64,000 bases of DNA from an uncultured Pseudomonadota bacterium (GTDB taxonomy: Bacteria; Pseudomonadota; Alphaproteobacteria; RF32; CAG-239): the NCBI GenBank assembly GCA_949300375.1, contig CASGEB010000007.1:7439-71438 (forward strand), given 5' to 3'. Within the stretch, counting starts at the first letter, position 1. Each line of letters opens with the position of its first letter. Below are positions 9,726 through 18,894 of the stretch, piece by piece. Below the pieces are notes generated by a model, which worked only from the letters and a program-made list of their open reading frames with translations, searched no databases and was not told the DNA's origin. Made by a program: the position numbers and the translations under genes.

Positions 9726-10458
9726 AAGAATCAAAGTTGTGGCTGCCAGCGTGAAAGGCCCGATGCATCACCACAAAAATCTGCCTTGTCAGGATTTTTT
9801 CAAATTCTGCCGCAAAGGACGGAACTTTGTGGCTGTTGTTTCTGACGGCGCAGGTTCTGCAAAATATGGCAAAATCGGCGCCAAAACGGTTTGCGAAACC
9901 CTCATCGACCATCTAAAAAACGCCCCGTCGAATTCTTTTAAAGAAACAGTGAAGAAGGCCATTGAAATAGCCCGAAACAAAGTTTGCCGCCACAGACTCA
10001 ACCAAAGCAAAAGCCTTGAACACATCAACGATTTTGCCGCCACGGTTGTCGGCGTCGTGCATGACGGCGAAAAAGGAAGCTTTTTTCATATCGGAGACGG
10101 GGCGGCTTTGGCTTTTAAGAATGGAGAGCCATCCTGTTTTGTGGCTTCGCCTCCAGAAAACGGCAGTTTTTCCTGCGAGACTTTTTTCTTTACCCAAAAC
10201 AACTGGGCTGCAAATTTGCGTTTTACCGAATTTTCCGGCCTGGATACGATTTTTTTAATGAGCGACGGCTTAACAAATTTTGCTTTTTCAAAAGATTTTA
10301 ACCGGATTGAAAACGGTTTTATTCTGCCGATACATGATTTTCTGCTGGCAGAAAAACCCGAAAAAAAAGCCGGACGGGCGTTGGCAAATACGCTGAATAA
10401 TGCGCAGGCACGCAAACTCAACCAGGATGACAAGACCCTGCTTTGGGCAAAATTATGA
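9715..10458 (+). CDS. PP2C-family Ser/Thr protein phosphatase
   Basis: VAVVSDGAGSAKYG, FFHIGDGAA and IFLMSDGLTNF are PP2C_2-type metal-binding motifs. ATG 9715 overlaps the vWA stop by 11 nt; the track starts at TTG 9694. Confidence 0.8.
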   Translation: MKNRRIKVVAASVKGPMHHHKNLPCQDFFKFCRKGRNFVAVVSDGAGSAKYGKIGAKTVCETLIDHLKNAPSNSFKETVKKAIEIARNKVCRHRLNQSKSLEHINDFAATVVGVVHDGEKGSFFHIGDGAALAFKNGEPSCFVASPPENGSFSCETFFFTQNNWAANLRFTEFSGLDTIFLMSDGLTNFAFSKDFNRIENGFILPIHDFLLAEKPEKKAGRALANTLNNAQARKLNQDDKTLLWAKL

Positions 10459-11927
10459 GGCTGCTGATGGAAAATACCGAAGAAAAAAAAGAATTTAATG
10501 CAATTTACGGCGACGGACATTTTGAACAAATCCGCCTTAAGGAAATGATTAACCGCGGCGGTGCGGCCGGAAAAATCTTCAGTATTGAAAACAACCCCCG
10601 TACCGTTGCAAAAATTTTTCACAAAAAGCAAAAAAGCGATACCAACCGGCAAAAACTGATTGCCATGCTGCAAAACAATCCGAATATCAAGCCGGTGGAA
10701 AAAAACGGCGTTGAATATGTGCAAATTGCCTGGCCGGAAGCGATTTTGGAAGATGAAAACGGTTTTTGCGTCGGTTATCTGATGCCGCTTATCAATATGA
10801 GCGAGGCGGTTTCGCTCGACCACCTGATGCAAAAAGCCATCCGGCGGAAACTTCATCTTTCCGAAAAATACGCCTACCGGATTTTTGCCGCCTATAACGT
10901 GGCTTCCATGGTCAATTCTCTTCATAAATGCGGGCATTATATTGTGGATCTTAAACCGTCAAACGTATCGGTTTACAAAGATACGATGATGGTGGCGATG
11001 GTCGACTGCGACGGTTTTTCCATCAAAGGCGAAAAAAACCGTTATCCGGCGGAATTTGTCAGCGAAGAATATATTTATCCGGAGGGAATGGAGCTTTCTT
11101 GTGAAGAAATGGGCGAAGAACAAGACAAATTTGCCCTGGCCGTTATAATTTTTAAGCTGTTAAACAACGGAATCCATCCTTATTCCGGCATTCCGAGAAA
11201 AAATGACGGCGAAATGATGACAATCCAGAACAGGATTGAAAAATACCACTATGCATACGGTTTGTGGCCGGACAGTTATCAGCAGCCTCACCCTTACAGC
11301 ATTCACGAATATTTTGACAAGAAAACGCTTGAGCTTTTTGAACGCGCTTTTACCAAAGGCGGCAACCGTCCCAGCGCCTATGAATGGCAGGAACATTTGT
11401 GGAAACTGATGCACAGCCTTAAAACCTGCAAAAAAGACCATAACCATGTCTATTTTACATCAAAAGGCTGTGGTTTGTGTATGGTTGAAGAAAAATTTTC
11501 CGTTGATATGAACGGCATAAAAAAACAAAAAGAAACACCGCAGACCGTCCGGGGAATGGCCATATCGGAATTGTCGGCCGAGAGACTGAAACAAAGCAAG
11601 GCCGAAAAGCTCATTGAAGACGAGAAAATCAAACGTATCACCTGGGTCGGTATTGCCGTTTATATGCTGTTTTTTACTTTTCTTTCCCAACTTTTAAAAC
11701 CGGCGGCCGAAACGGTTACAAATCTCGGTCTGGGAATCCAGGCCATTGTTACAACTTTTGTCATGATGGGAATTAATGCCTTTTTCCGCCGTTATAACTC
11801 CAAATTTCCGCTTTTGAAAAACCGCGCCCTGACGCAAATGTTGCAGGCATATGCCCTGCTTTGCATTGTTATAGCTCTGGTTTCCGTCAATAATCTGCCG
11901 CCCGGGCTCTTGGAACTGGCTCCTTAG
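10455..11927 (+). CDS. Ser/Thr protein kinase with C-terminal Cys/His cluster and three predicted TM helices
   Basis: Gly-rich loop GGAAGKIF, VAKIFH lysine, catalytic HYIVDLKPSNV, DCDGF in the DFG position. ATG 10455 overlaps the PP2C stop (ATGA). Confidence 0.85.
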   Translation: MRLLMENTEEKKEFNAIYGDGHFEQIRLKEMINRGGAAGKIFSIENNPRTVAKIFHKKQKSDTNRQKLIAMLQNNPNIKPVEKNGVEYVQIAWPEAILEDENGFCVGYLMPLINMSEAVSLDHLMQKAIRRKLHLSEKYAYRIFAAYNVASMVNSLHKCGHYIVDLKPSNVSVYKDTMMVAMVDCDGFSIKGEKNRYPAEFVSEEYIYPEGMELSCEEMGEEQDKFALAVIIFKLLNNGIHPYSGIPRKNDGEMMTIQNRIEKYHYAYGLWPDSYQQPHPYSIHEYFDKKTLELFERAFTKGGNRPSAYEWQEHLWKLMHSLKTCKKDHNHVYFTSKGCGLCMVEEKFSVDMNGIKKQKETPQTVRGMAISELSAERLKQSKAEKLIEDEKIKRITWVGIAVYMLFFTFLSQLLKPAAETVTNLGLGIQAIVTTFVMMGINAFFRRYNSKFPLLKNRALTQMLQAYALLCIVIALVSVNNLPPGLLELAP

Positions 11928-12045
11928 AATTTTCTAATACAAAAGTTGTATAAAAAAAATCCCGAACTATATAATTTTTTACTCAACAAATTGAAATTTT
12001 TGTTGTAGAGTATGCAGGTATTGGAATCTAGATAAGGATACGAAT

Positions 12046-13434
12046 TTGATTAAGCTTAAGCCTATTATGCTTTCAGGCAAAGAGGTTTTACCTTTGATTG
12101 AGGGCGGAAAGGGAATTAATGCCAGCGACGGACGCAGTTCCGGCGCTTGGGCGCATGAAAACTGCGTGGGAACATTTTCCGGCGTCAGCCCCGATTTTTA
12201 TGATAATACGGGCAACGTCATTATTGAAAAGTTTTTTAAGAAAAAAAGAGCCGAACGCCATGAGGAAATGGTTGAATATGCCATCAGAGGCGGCGTTGCC
12301 CAAGCTCAGGTTGCTCATGAAGTTTCTAACGGAAACGGGCGAATCCATATGAATATGCTTTGGGAACTGGCGGATTCCGAAAGAATACTGACCGGCGTTC
12401 TGGAAAGAGCCAAAGGTTTGGTACACGGCGTTACCTGTGGCGCCGGGCTGCCGTACCGGCTGGGCGAACTGGCTTCGCGCTTTGGCGTTTATTATTACCC
12501 GATTGTTTCTTCCGCACGCGCCTTTCAGGTTTTGTGGAAACGCGCTTATAACCGTTTTGCCGAATATCTCGGCGGCGTTGTTTATGAAGATCCGTGGCTG
12601 GCCGGCGGACATAACGGCTTGTCAAACGCTGAAGACCCTAACAAACCGGAAAGCCCGTATAACCGTCTGGTGGAGCTGCGGCGCCTGTTAAACGGTTTTG
12701 GTTTGCAGGAAACGCCGATTATTCTGGCCGGAGGCGTTTGGTCTTTAAGCGAATGGAAAGATTATATTGACAATCCGGATATCGGCAAAATTGCTTTTCA
12801 GTTCGGCACACGCCCGATGATTACCAAAGAAAGTCCGGTTTCCGACGCTTGGAAACGGGTGATGATGCAGGTTAAAAAAGGCGATGTCATTCTGCAAAAA
12901 TTTAGTCCGACCGGCTTTTTCTCTTCTGCCATCAAAAATACTTTTTTGGAAAAACTGATTGAACGCAAAAAAGGCGAGATTGCTTTTTCGGACGAGGCAA
13001 CGGAAGAATTTTCCCACCCGCTGAATATGACGGCGAACCGTTTGATTTTTATTCGTCCGGAAGATGCAGAAAAAGCAATGAACCAAATTAATGCCGGATT
13101 GACGGAAATCAAAGAAACTCCTGATAAAACCGTCGTCTTTATGACTCCGGAAGACTGGAAACAGATGAAACAAGACAGAGCCAACTGCGTGGGTTGTCTT
13201 TCTCAGTGTCAATTTTCGACCTGGTCGCAGGCCAAAGGTACGACCGGCCGTTTGCCGGATCCGCGTTCTTATTGCATACACAAGACGTTGTATGAGGTCG
13301 GACACGGCGGAAGCGTTAAAGACCATTTGTTGTTTGCCGGACACCAGGTTTACCGTTTTGCAACGGATCCCTTGTATCGAGACGGGATTCCATCAGTCAA
13401 AGAGCTGATTGAAAAAATAAAAAACGGCGAATAA
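12046..13434 (+). CDS. FMN-dependent TIM-barrel oxidoreductase, nitronate monooxygenase (NMO/NPD) family, long form
   Basis: 462 aa. PLIEGGKGI, GVTCGAGLP and ILAGGVWS resemble NMO-family FMN-binding segments, plus a C-terminal Cys-rich extension. Family assignment from motifs only. Start is either TTG 12046 or ATG 12067. Confidence 0.5.
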   Translation: MIKLKPIMLSGKEVLPLIEGGKGINASDGRSSGAWAHENCVGTFSGVSPDFYDNTGNVIIEKFFKKKRAERHEEMVEYAIRGGVAQAQVAHEVSNGNGRIHMNMLWELADSERILTGVLERAKGLVHGVTCGAGLPYRLGELASRFGVYYYPIVSSARAFQVLWKRAYNRFAEYLGGVVYEDPWLAGGHNGLSNAEDPNKPESPYNRLVELRRLLNGFGLQETPIILAGGVWSLSEWKDYIDNPDIGKIAFQFGTRPMITKESPVSDAWKRVMMQVKKGDVILQKFSPTGFFSSAIKNTFLEKLIERKKGEIAFSDEATEEFSHPLNMTANRLIFIRPEDAEKAMNQINAGLTEIKETPDKTVVFMTPEDWKQMKQDRANCVGCLSQCQFSTWSQAKGTTGRLPDPRSYCIHKTLYEVGHGGSVKDHLLFAGHQVYRFATDPLYRDGIPSVKELIEKIKNGE

Positions 13435-13466
13435 AAGCTAAAAAGGGGAAGAAAACTTCCCCTTTT

Positions 13467-14264
13467 TTAGTCCTCAATTTTTATTTCAATCGGCTTTGGC
13501 ATTTGCTGTCGTTTGAAATTTTGCTTTTTATAGCGTTTTATTATCCACTCAACCATTTTATCATCAAAACCGGCGGCTATAATGTCTTTTTGAGATTTCT
13601 GCCCGTCAATGTACATCTTCAAAATTTTATCCAAAATGGCATAAGGCGGCAGCGTGTCTTCATCTTTCTGATTTTCTGCCAACTCAGCACTCGGCGCCCG
13701 TTCAATCACTTCTTTCGGCAAGGCATTTGATTTTTTATTCCGCCATTTGGCCAGTTCAAATACCTGACTTTTATACAAATCGCCAATCGGCATCAGACCG
13801 CCGCAAGTGTCGCCATAAAGCGTGCAGTATCCCATTGCCGCTTCCGATTTATTGCCGCAGGACAAAACGAGATAATTGTATTGGTTGGCGTAGGACATCA
13901 GAATTTTTCCACGCTCTCTGGCCTGCAGATTTTCCATTACCAGAGCATTAGGCTGCGTACCAAAAGCTTCCGTTAAAAACTTTTCCTGACTATCAATAAT
14001 TTTTTGTATTTTCAGAACCTTATAATCAATAGCATTGTATTTTGCCACTTTTTTGGCAATCAGCAGGCTGAGTTTTGATGTATATTTGCCCGGCATCATC
14101 AGAGCATGGACATGTTCCGGCCCGAGGGCATCTGCCGCCAGAACAGCCGTTACCGCCGAATCCAATCCACCGGAAAGTCCTAAGACGACATCGGTAAAAC
14201 CGTTTTGCAGACAGTAGTTTTTTAACTCCTTGCAAAGCTGCTCCCAAATTTCTTTCATAGACAT
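13467..14264 (-). CDS. nadE: NH3-dependent NAD+ synthetase
   Basis: 265 aa. PP-loop VLGLSGGLDSAV and overall NadE colinearity. Confidence 0.9.
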   Translation of the reverse strand: MSMKEIWEQLCKELKNYCLQNGFTDVVLGLSGGLDSAVTAVLAADALGPEHVHALMMPGKYTSKLSLLIAKKVAKYNAIDYKVLKIQKIIDSQEKFLTEAFGTQPNALVMENLQARERGKILMSYANQYNYLVLSCGNKSEAAMGYCTLYGDTCGGLMPIGDLYKSQVFELAKWRNKKSNALPKEVIERAPSAELAENQKDEDTLPPYAILDKILKMYIDGQKSQKDIIAAGFDDKMVEWIIKRYKKQNFKRQQMPKPIEIKIED

Positions 14265-14413
14265 CCTCCCTCATTTTGATTCCTTATATAAAAGTTCTTG
14301 CATTTTTTATCAAGAATATAGTTTAAAGATTTATTCCGCATCTTATATTTAAGTTGACTAAACCGGCATTCCAGACTTAAAATCAGGATGTTTACAATGT
14401 GGGATAAAATATA

Positions 14414-15529
14414 ATGAAAACATTTTTAGCCGTTCTTCTGGGTTCGGGAATCGTCGCGGCTCCGGCTTTGGCGGAATTTTCTTTTAATACTTACGGACGG
14501 ATAACCGGCTTGTACGGTTATACCGACGCCGAAAAACGTTTTGAAAACGTTGATTCCAAACAAAACGCAACCGGGGACTTTGAGGCCGGATTTGAGGCGC
14601 GTTATGACTTTAACGATGATTATGCTCTCAGCCTTAACCTTGACCTGATGGGCGGTATCGACCATGAAATGAAAAATTATAACCAAGGTGCCTGGGGCGA
14701 AGAAGCTTATGCCATTTTAGACAGTCCTTACGGGCGACTGATGGGCGGCCAGACTTTTAACGTTGCCAAGCAGTTTCATGTCGGCGCGCCCTCATACGGA
14801 CCGCTGAAAATCAATGACAGTAACATTGTTGACTTTATCCGCAATCCCAACTGGAAGAGAACTTCCAAAGAGTCCTATTTTGCCACCTTAAACTCAACAG
14901 ACATCAATACGGACGGCGTGGCGCCGAAAATCAGTTATATTACGCCGGAATTTTATAATACAATGCTCGGCATATCATATATTCCGGATGCCTACAACCG
15001 CCGCGGCCTTATAAACAAAGATGCAAAATATGCCAAAAAAGACGGTTATGCCGCAGCCGTTTATAACAGTTTGGATATTGGGTTTGCCGATATGACATCT
15101 TCTGCCGGTTATGCCGAATTTCATGATAACGACAAGGAAATTTCTTTAGGGCTGAATCTGGCACGCGGCAACTGGAATATCGGCGGCGGCTGGCGCAAGA
15201 CTTATATTGACGGTAAAGATACGACGACTTTTAAAACAAAGAAAAATCTGCCGGAGTTGTTTGACAATTATCGCGAAGGAAGAGCCTGGGATATTGGAAT
15301 CGGTTATGAATTCGGCCCTTATCGCGCCAGTTTGTCATATTTAAATTCCAAAGCCGAAAATACCCGGAATTATGACCAGGTCGTCATTTTATCCAACAGT
15401 TTTCAGCTTAACAAATATATTGACCTTTTTGCCATCGGTTCTTATGCCAAATTCCGCGGCGCAGACCATGAACTTGAGAACAACAATCAGGGATATGCTT
15501 TTGTTACCGGCGCCAGCCTGAACTTTTAA
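14414..15529 (+). CDS. outer-membrane porin (beta-barrel)
   Basis: 371 aa. Signal peptide ending PALA-EF, alternating beta-strand pattern, aromatic girdle residues, C-terminal ...GASLNF. Confidence 0.7.
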   Translation: MKTFLAVLLGSGIVAAPALAEFSFNTYGRITGLYGYTDAEKRFENVDSKQNATGDFEAGFEARYDFNDDYALSLNLDLMGGIDHEMKNYNQGAWGEEAYAILDSPYGRLMGGQTFNVAKQFHVGAPSYGPLKINDSNIVDFIRNPNWKRTSKESYFATLNSTDINTDGVAPKISYITPEFYNTMLGISYIPDAYNRRGLINKDAKYAKKDGYAAAVYNSLDIGFADMTSSAGYAEFHDNDKEISLGLNLARGNWNIGGGWRKTYIDGKDTTTFKTKKNLPELFDNYREGRAWDIGIGYEFGPYRASLSYLNSKAENTRNYDQVVILSNSFQLNKYIDLFAIGSYAKFRGADHELENNNQGYAFVTGASLNF

Positions 15530-15538
15530 GGAGAAAAA

Positions 15539-16165
15539 ATGCCTAATATTCTGCTGCTTTCCGAAAATGAGAAATTTGTTGAAGATCTGAGTACCCAGAT
15601 TGCTTATTACATTCCGGATTTTAACGTGCTGACGGAAGAAGAAAGCAATGTTTTTCTGGATATGATTATTGTTGACGAAGATGTCGAAAAGCTGAAAGAA
15701 ATTCATAAACGCCGCCTGCAGGTGCCGACAATATTGCTGCTTTCGGCCGGGAAAGATGCCGGAGACGCCGAAGCCAGCAATATTGTTTATAAACCCGCAG
15801 CCCTGAATAAATTTCTTAACCTGCTGCAGGCCAGCATTAATATTTATGAAAACAGCAGCGAAGGCTATCTGAAATTTAACCAATATGAACTCCGCCCTTC
15901 TAAAAAGGAGATTTTGAACCAGCGCAATAATGAAATCATCAAACTAACCGAAAAAGAAGTGGCGATTATCAAATATCTTTATAAAGCCAAAGATAAAATT
16001 GTTTCAAAAAACGAGCTGCTGCAAGAGGTTTGGGGATATAGTCCCGAGGTGACGACACATACGATAGAAACGCATATTTACCGTTTGCGGCAAAAGGTTG
16101 AGCATGAAGATGTTTCCGCACAGATTATTCTGACATCCGACGGCGGTTATCAACTGAAAATATGA
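15539..16165 (+). CDS. OmpR/PhoB-type winged-helix transcriptional regulator with atypical receiver domain
   Basis: C-terminus LTEKEVAIIKYL...VSKNELLQEVWGYSPEVTTHTIETHIYRLRQKVE is a trans_reg_C domain. The N-terminus keeps D (IIVDED), S (LLLSAG) and K (YKPA), but the acidic DD pair is replaced by SENE. Confidence 0.7.
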   Translation: MPNILLLSENEKFVEDLSTQIAYYIPDFNVLTEEESNVFLDMIIVDEDVEKLKEIHKRRLQVPTILLLSAGKDAGDAEASNIVYKPAALNKFLNLLQASINIYENSSEGYLKFNQYELRPSKKEILNQRNNEIIKLTEKEVAIIKYLYKAKDKIVSKNELLQEVWGYSPEVTTHTIETHIYRLRQKVEHEDVSAQIILTSDGGYQLKI

Positions 16166-16186
16166 AAGAAATAAGGCCTGAATGTT

Positions 16187-16996
16187 TCAGGCTTTTTTCA
16201 TTTCCAAAATAACCGGCACATGATCGGACGGACGTTCCCAGTTGCGGGCGTCTTTGAGTATATGCGCCGAAATTATGCGGTCTTTCAAATTCGGACTAAC
16301 CCAGATATGATCAAGCCGACGGCCTTTGTTGTTGGTTTGCCAATTCGGGTTGCGATAGCTCCACCAGGAATAGATTTTTTCCGGTTCCGGATAGATTTCA
16401 CGCAGGACATCTATAAAATCAAGCGAGTTTAATAATCTGTTCAGCCGTGTTATTTCAACCGGCGTGTGAGAAACGATTTTGAGCATTTGTTTATGGCTCC
16501 AGACGTCATTTTCCCGCGGGGCAACGTTAAAATCGCCGCATAATATCATTTTGCGCTGCGAAAGTTCTGTCTTATGCCGCTCATACCATTCGGAAATATC
16601 ATCCATAAACGCAAGCTTATGGGCAAAGGACAGATTAATAACCGGATCGGGAATATCGCCGCCGGCCGGAATATAAATATCGTTAATTTCGATATCATCA
16701 AAAATCATTGCTTTAATATGGCGGGCATCGTTTTTGCCGACCCAGTCTATTTTTTTAACGTTATTCAGCACTGTTTTGGAAAGAATCGCCACGCCGTTGT
16801 AGCCGGCCATACCATAAAGAGCAATATGCGGATACCCCATTTCTCTCACGGCATCAAAGGGAAAATCTTCTTCTTTGGCTTTGACCTCCTGCAGGCAGAT
16901 AACGTCCGGCTGTTCGCGTTCTATCATTTTCTTTAGCAATTCCAGCCGGATGCGGATAGAATTGACATTCCAGGTTGCCAGTTTGAAAGAGTCCAT
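16187..16996 (-). CDS. xth: exodeoxyribonuclease III
   Basis: 269 aa. KLATWNVNSIR, ICLQEVK and SDHVPV motifs of the EEP/ExoIII family. Confidence 0.9.
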   Translation of the reverse strand: MDSFKLATWNVNSIRIRLELLKKMIEREQPDVICLQEVKAKEEDFPFDAVREMGYPHIALYGMAGYNGVAILSKTVLNNVKKIDWVGKNDARHIKAMIFDDIEINDIYIPAGGDIPDPVINLSFAHKLAFMDDISEWYERHKTELSQRKMILCGDFNVAPRENDVWSHKQMLKIVSHTPVEITRLNRLLNSLDFIDVLREIYPEPEKIYSWWSYRNPNWQTNNKGRRLDHIWVSPNLKDRIISAHILKDARNWERPSDHVPVILEMKKA

Positions 16997-17008
16997 TTTG
17001 CCTTCCTA

Positions 17009-17626
17009 TTACCGTTTTTTATAATTCAACGGGTTTGATTTTTGTTTTTTGAATTTGAACAAAGAATCGTCCAGGCTGAGGTCTTTTTGCGTATCATAAA
17101 GAGAAACGGCAACTTCTACGCTTTGGGGATCAACAATCTTCCATTGTTTCAGCTCAAACGGATCGGTCGAAAAAATCAGCGTAATCGGCCCGATGTCGCC
17201 CTTTTCTTTATAATCAAGCGTTACGGACGTTTGACCGGGATCTTTGTAAAAATCGGTAATTTTGAGCTTTTTGCCGTCAATTTTAATGTTATTGGCCAAA
17301 ATCAGACTAGCCGGAATATCATCATAATCAATATGGGTAACCTGATCCAGATCTTTGTCGTTGTAAATAATATAATCTCCGTCGCCGACAATCAGAACCG
17401 ATGTCGGATCGGCATATTCCATGCGGATTTTATTGGGTTTGGCTATGTATAATTTTCCTTCCGCCGTTCCGCCGTTGCTGGCAATCTGCACAAAATCGGC
17501 TTCCAGGGTTTTGATGTTGTTCAGATAGTCTTCAATTTGCTTTACATCAGCGGCGGTTTGCGCCTTTGCCGGGAAAACAAAACCTGCCAGAACAATAAAA
17601 ACGGCAAAAATCGTAAAATTTTTCAT
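17009..17626 (-). CDS. lolA: outer-membrane lipoprotein carrier protein LolA family
   Basis: 205 aa. Signal peptide, then LxADFVQ...GKLYIAKPNKIRMEY typical of LolA. Confidence 0.8.
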   Translation of the reverse strand: MKNFTIFAVFIVLAGFVFPAKAQTAADVKQIEDYLNNIKTLEADFVQIASNGGTAEGKLYIAKPNKIRMEYADPTSVLIVGDGDYIIYNDKDLDQVTHIDYDDIPASLILANNIKIDGKKLKITDFYKDPGQTSVTLDYKEKGDIGPITLIFSTDPFELKQWKIVDPQSVEVAVSLYDTQKDLSLDDSLFKFKKQKSNPLNYKKR

Positions 17627-17786
17627 ATTACATTCCCTTTATCTTAAAATTGACCGTTATCAATATAATCAAATAATCTCAATAGTACAATAAAAAATCC
17701 CCCTGCACATAAAAACAGGCAAGGGGACATAAAAAAACAGGTCGTTTTGTATCTAGGTAGTGTAACGTATTATAAGGATGGATAAA

Positions 17787-17927
17787 TTAATTTTCATAAT
17801 CAGAGCAGCCGCAGCCCGAAGAAGATTTTGCAGTCTTGGCATTTTCTTTGCTGCTCTTTTCAGAAGAGGTTGATTTGGCTGTTTCTTCTTTTTCGTTCAT
17901 CTTCATTTTGTTTTTTTCGTTAAACAT
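17787..17927 (-). CDS. 46-aa Lys/Ser-rich peptide with C-terminal GCGC motif, hypothetical
   Basis: Own translation: MFNEKNKMKMNEKEETAKSTSSEKSSKENAKTAKSSSGCGCSDYEN. Strong AAGGAG SD 7 nt upstream. Hairpins flank it on both sides. Below the ORF-track cut-off. Confidence 0.4.
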   Translation of the reverse strand: MFNEKNKMKMNEKEETAKSTSSEKSSKENAKTAKSSSGCGCSDYEN

Positions 17928-18026
17928 CTTAAATCTCCTTAATTTGTTAAAATCCTGCCGTATTTATTAATCGGCAGCACAAGAGATTTAATCGTGTTAC
18001 GCGGTTTTTCCATGCTGATAATTCGA

Positions 18027-18806
18027 TTATCGACTTATTGATATGTCTTTTTCCGTGGCATTTCTGCTCCGATTTTGCGTTTTTTGCGGCAGGATACGGG
18101 AATCCGGAAGTTTTCCGCGTTTGGCAAGGATTTTAAGCGCCAATGCTTTTTGTGGATTTGCTGTATTCGTTTTTTTATTCGCCGAATCTTTTTGTTTTTC
18201 TGCCGCCGTTTCTTCTTTCAGAACAGCCGGGTGATGTTTTTCGGGTGCAAAAGTTTCCAGAAGTTTTTTCCGGAGCGGGTCTTTCATTTCCGCAACAACG
18301 GCATTTATATCTTTTCCCTGTTCCAAAATATAATATTCAAACAAACGCCAGTTGGAAAGAATATGGTTTATGAGGTATTTTTCCAGAAATTTATCATCAA
18401 AAACAAATTTTCTGATAACCTTATCTTTACCGACCGGTTTTGGTTGGGAAAAATTTTTGGGGGAATCGTTTTGCGGCGTCTTGTTTTTTTGAAATTCCCG
18501 CCCGGCTTCCGCTTGGGCATAGGCGGCAAACAAACTTTGCGGTTTTATTTTTGTCCGGCCAATTTCCGCCGTTTGTCCGACCGGCAGCGGATTTTGTTCA
18601 GCAGGATGCCCCGTTTGAACATAATTTTCTTTAGTTTCCTGAGAAACTTTTACCGCAGCGGCCTCAATAGCCCGACGGCTATCCTCCGGCAGAGGGACGG
18701 CGACCTGTTTTTCCGCAATACGGGACGTTTGGGGCAGACCGGACGAAACAGCCGCCGGTATTCCCATTCGCAAATTTTTAATGATTTTAGCGTCTTTTTT
18801 TCCCAT
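18027..18806 (-). CDS. hypothetical protein (partly low-complexity, basic)
   Basis: 259 aa with natural composition. The overlapping plus-strand 272-aa ORF is F/R-rich, typical of antisense reading. No family recognised. Confidence 0.55.
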   Translation of the reverse strand: MGKKDAKIIKNLRMGIPAAVSSGLPQTSRIAEKQVAVPLPEDSRRAIEAAAVKVSQETKENYVQTGHPAEQNPLPVGQTAEIGRTKIKPQSLFAAYAQAEAGREFQKNKTPQNDSPKNFSQPKPVGKDKVIRKFVFDDKFLEKYLINHILSNWRLFEYYILEQGKDINAVVAEMKDPLRKKLLETFAPEKHHPAVLKEETAAEKQKDSANKKTNTANPQKALALKILAKRGKLPDSRILPQKTQNRSRNATEKDISISR

Positions 18807-18894
18807 AACAAAAATTTCCGCCGGTTACAGTCATTGTCTTATTATATCACTGTTTTATGCCCATTGCCAGTGCTTTTGCAACGGCAGAATTGAT

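Noticed and set aside
10086-10937. 283-aa minus-strand ORF
   Set aside because: Antisense to the PP2C and kinase genes, which have clear catalytic motifs. F/K-rich with no recognisable domain.
18075-18893. 272-aa plus-strand ORF
   Set aside because: Extremely F/R/I-rich (FFFQNSRVMFF...), the mirror of the K/E-rich minus-strand 259-aa ORF. The minus-strand reading has natural composition and fits the surrounding minus-strand operon.
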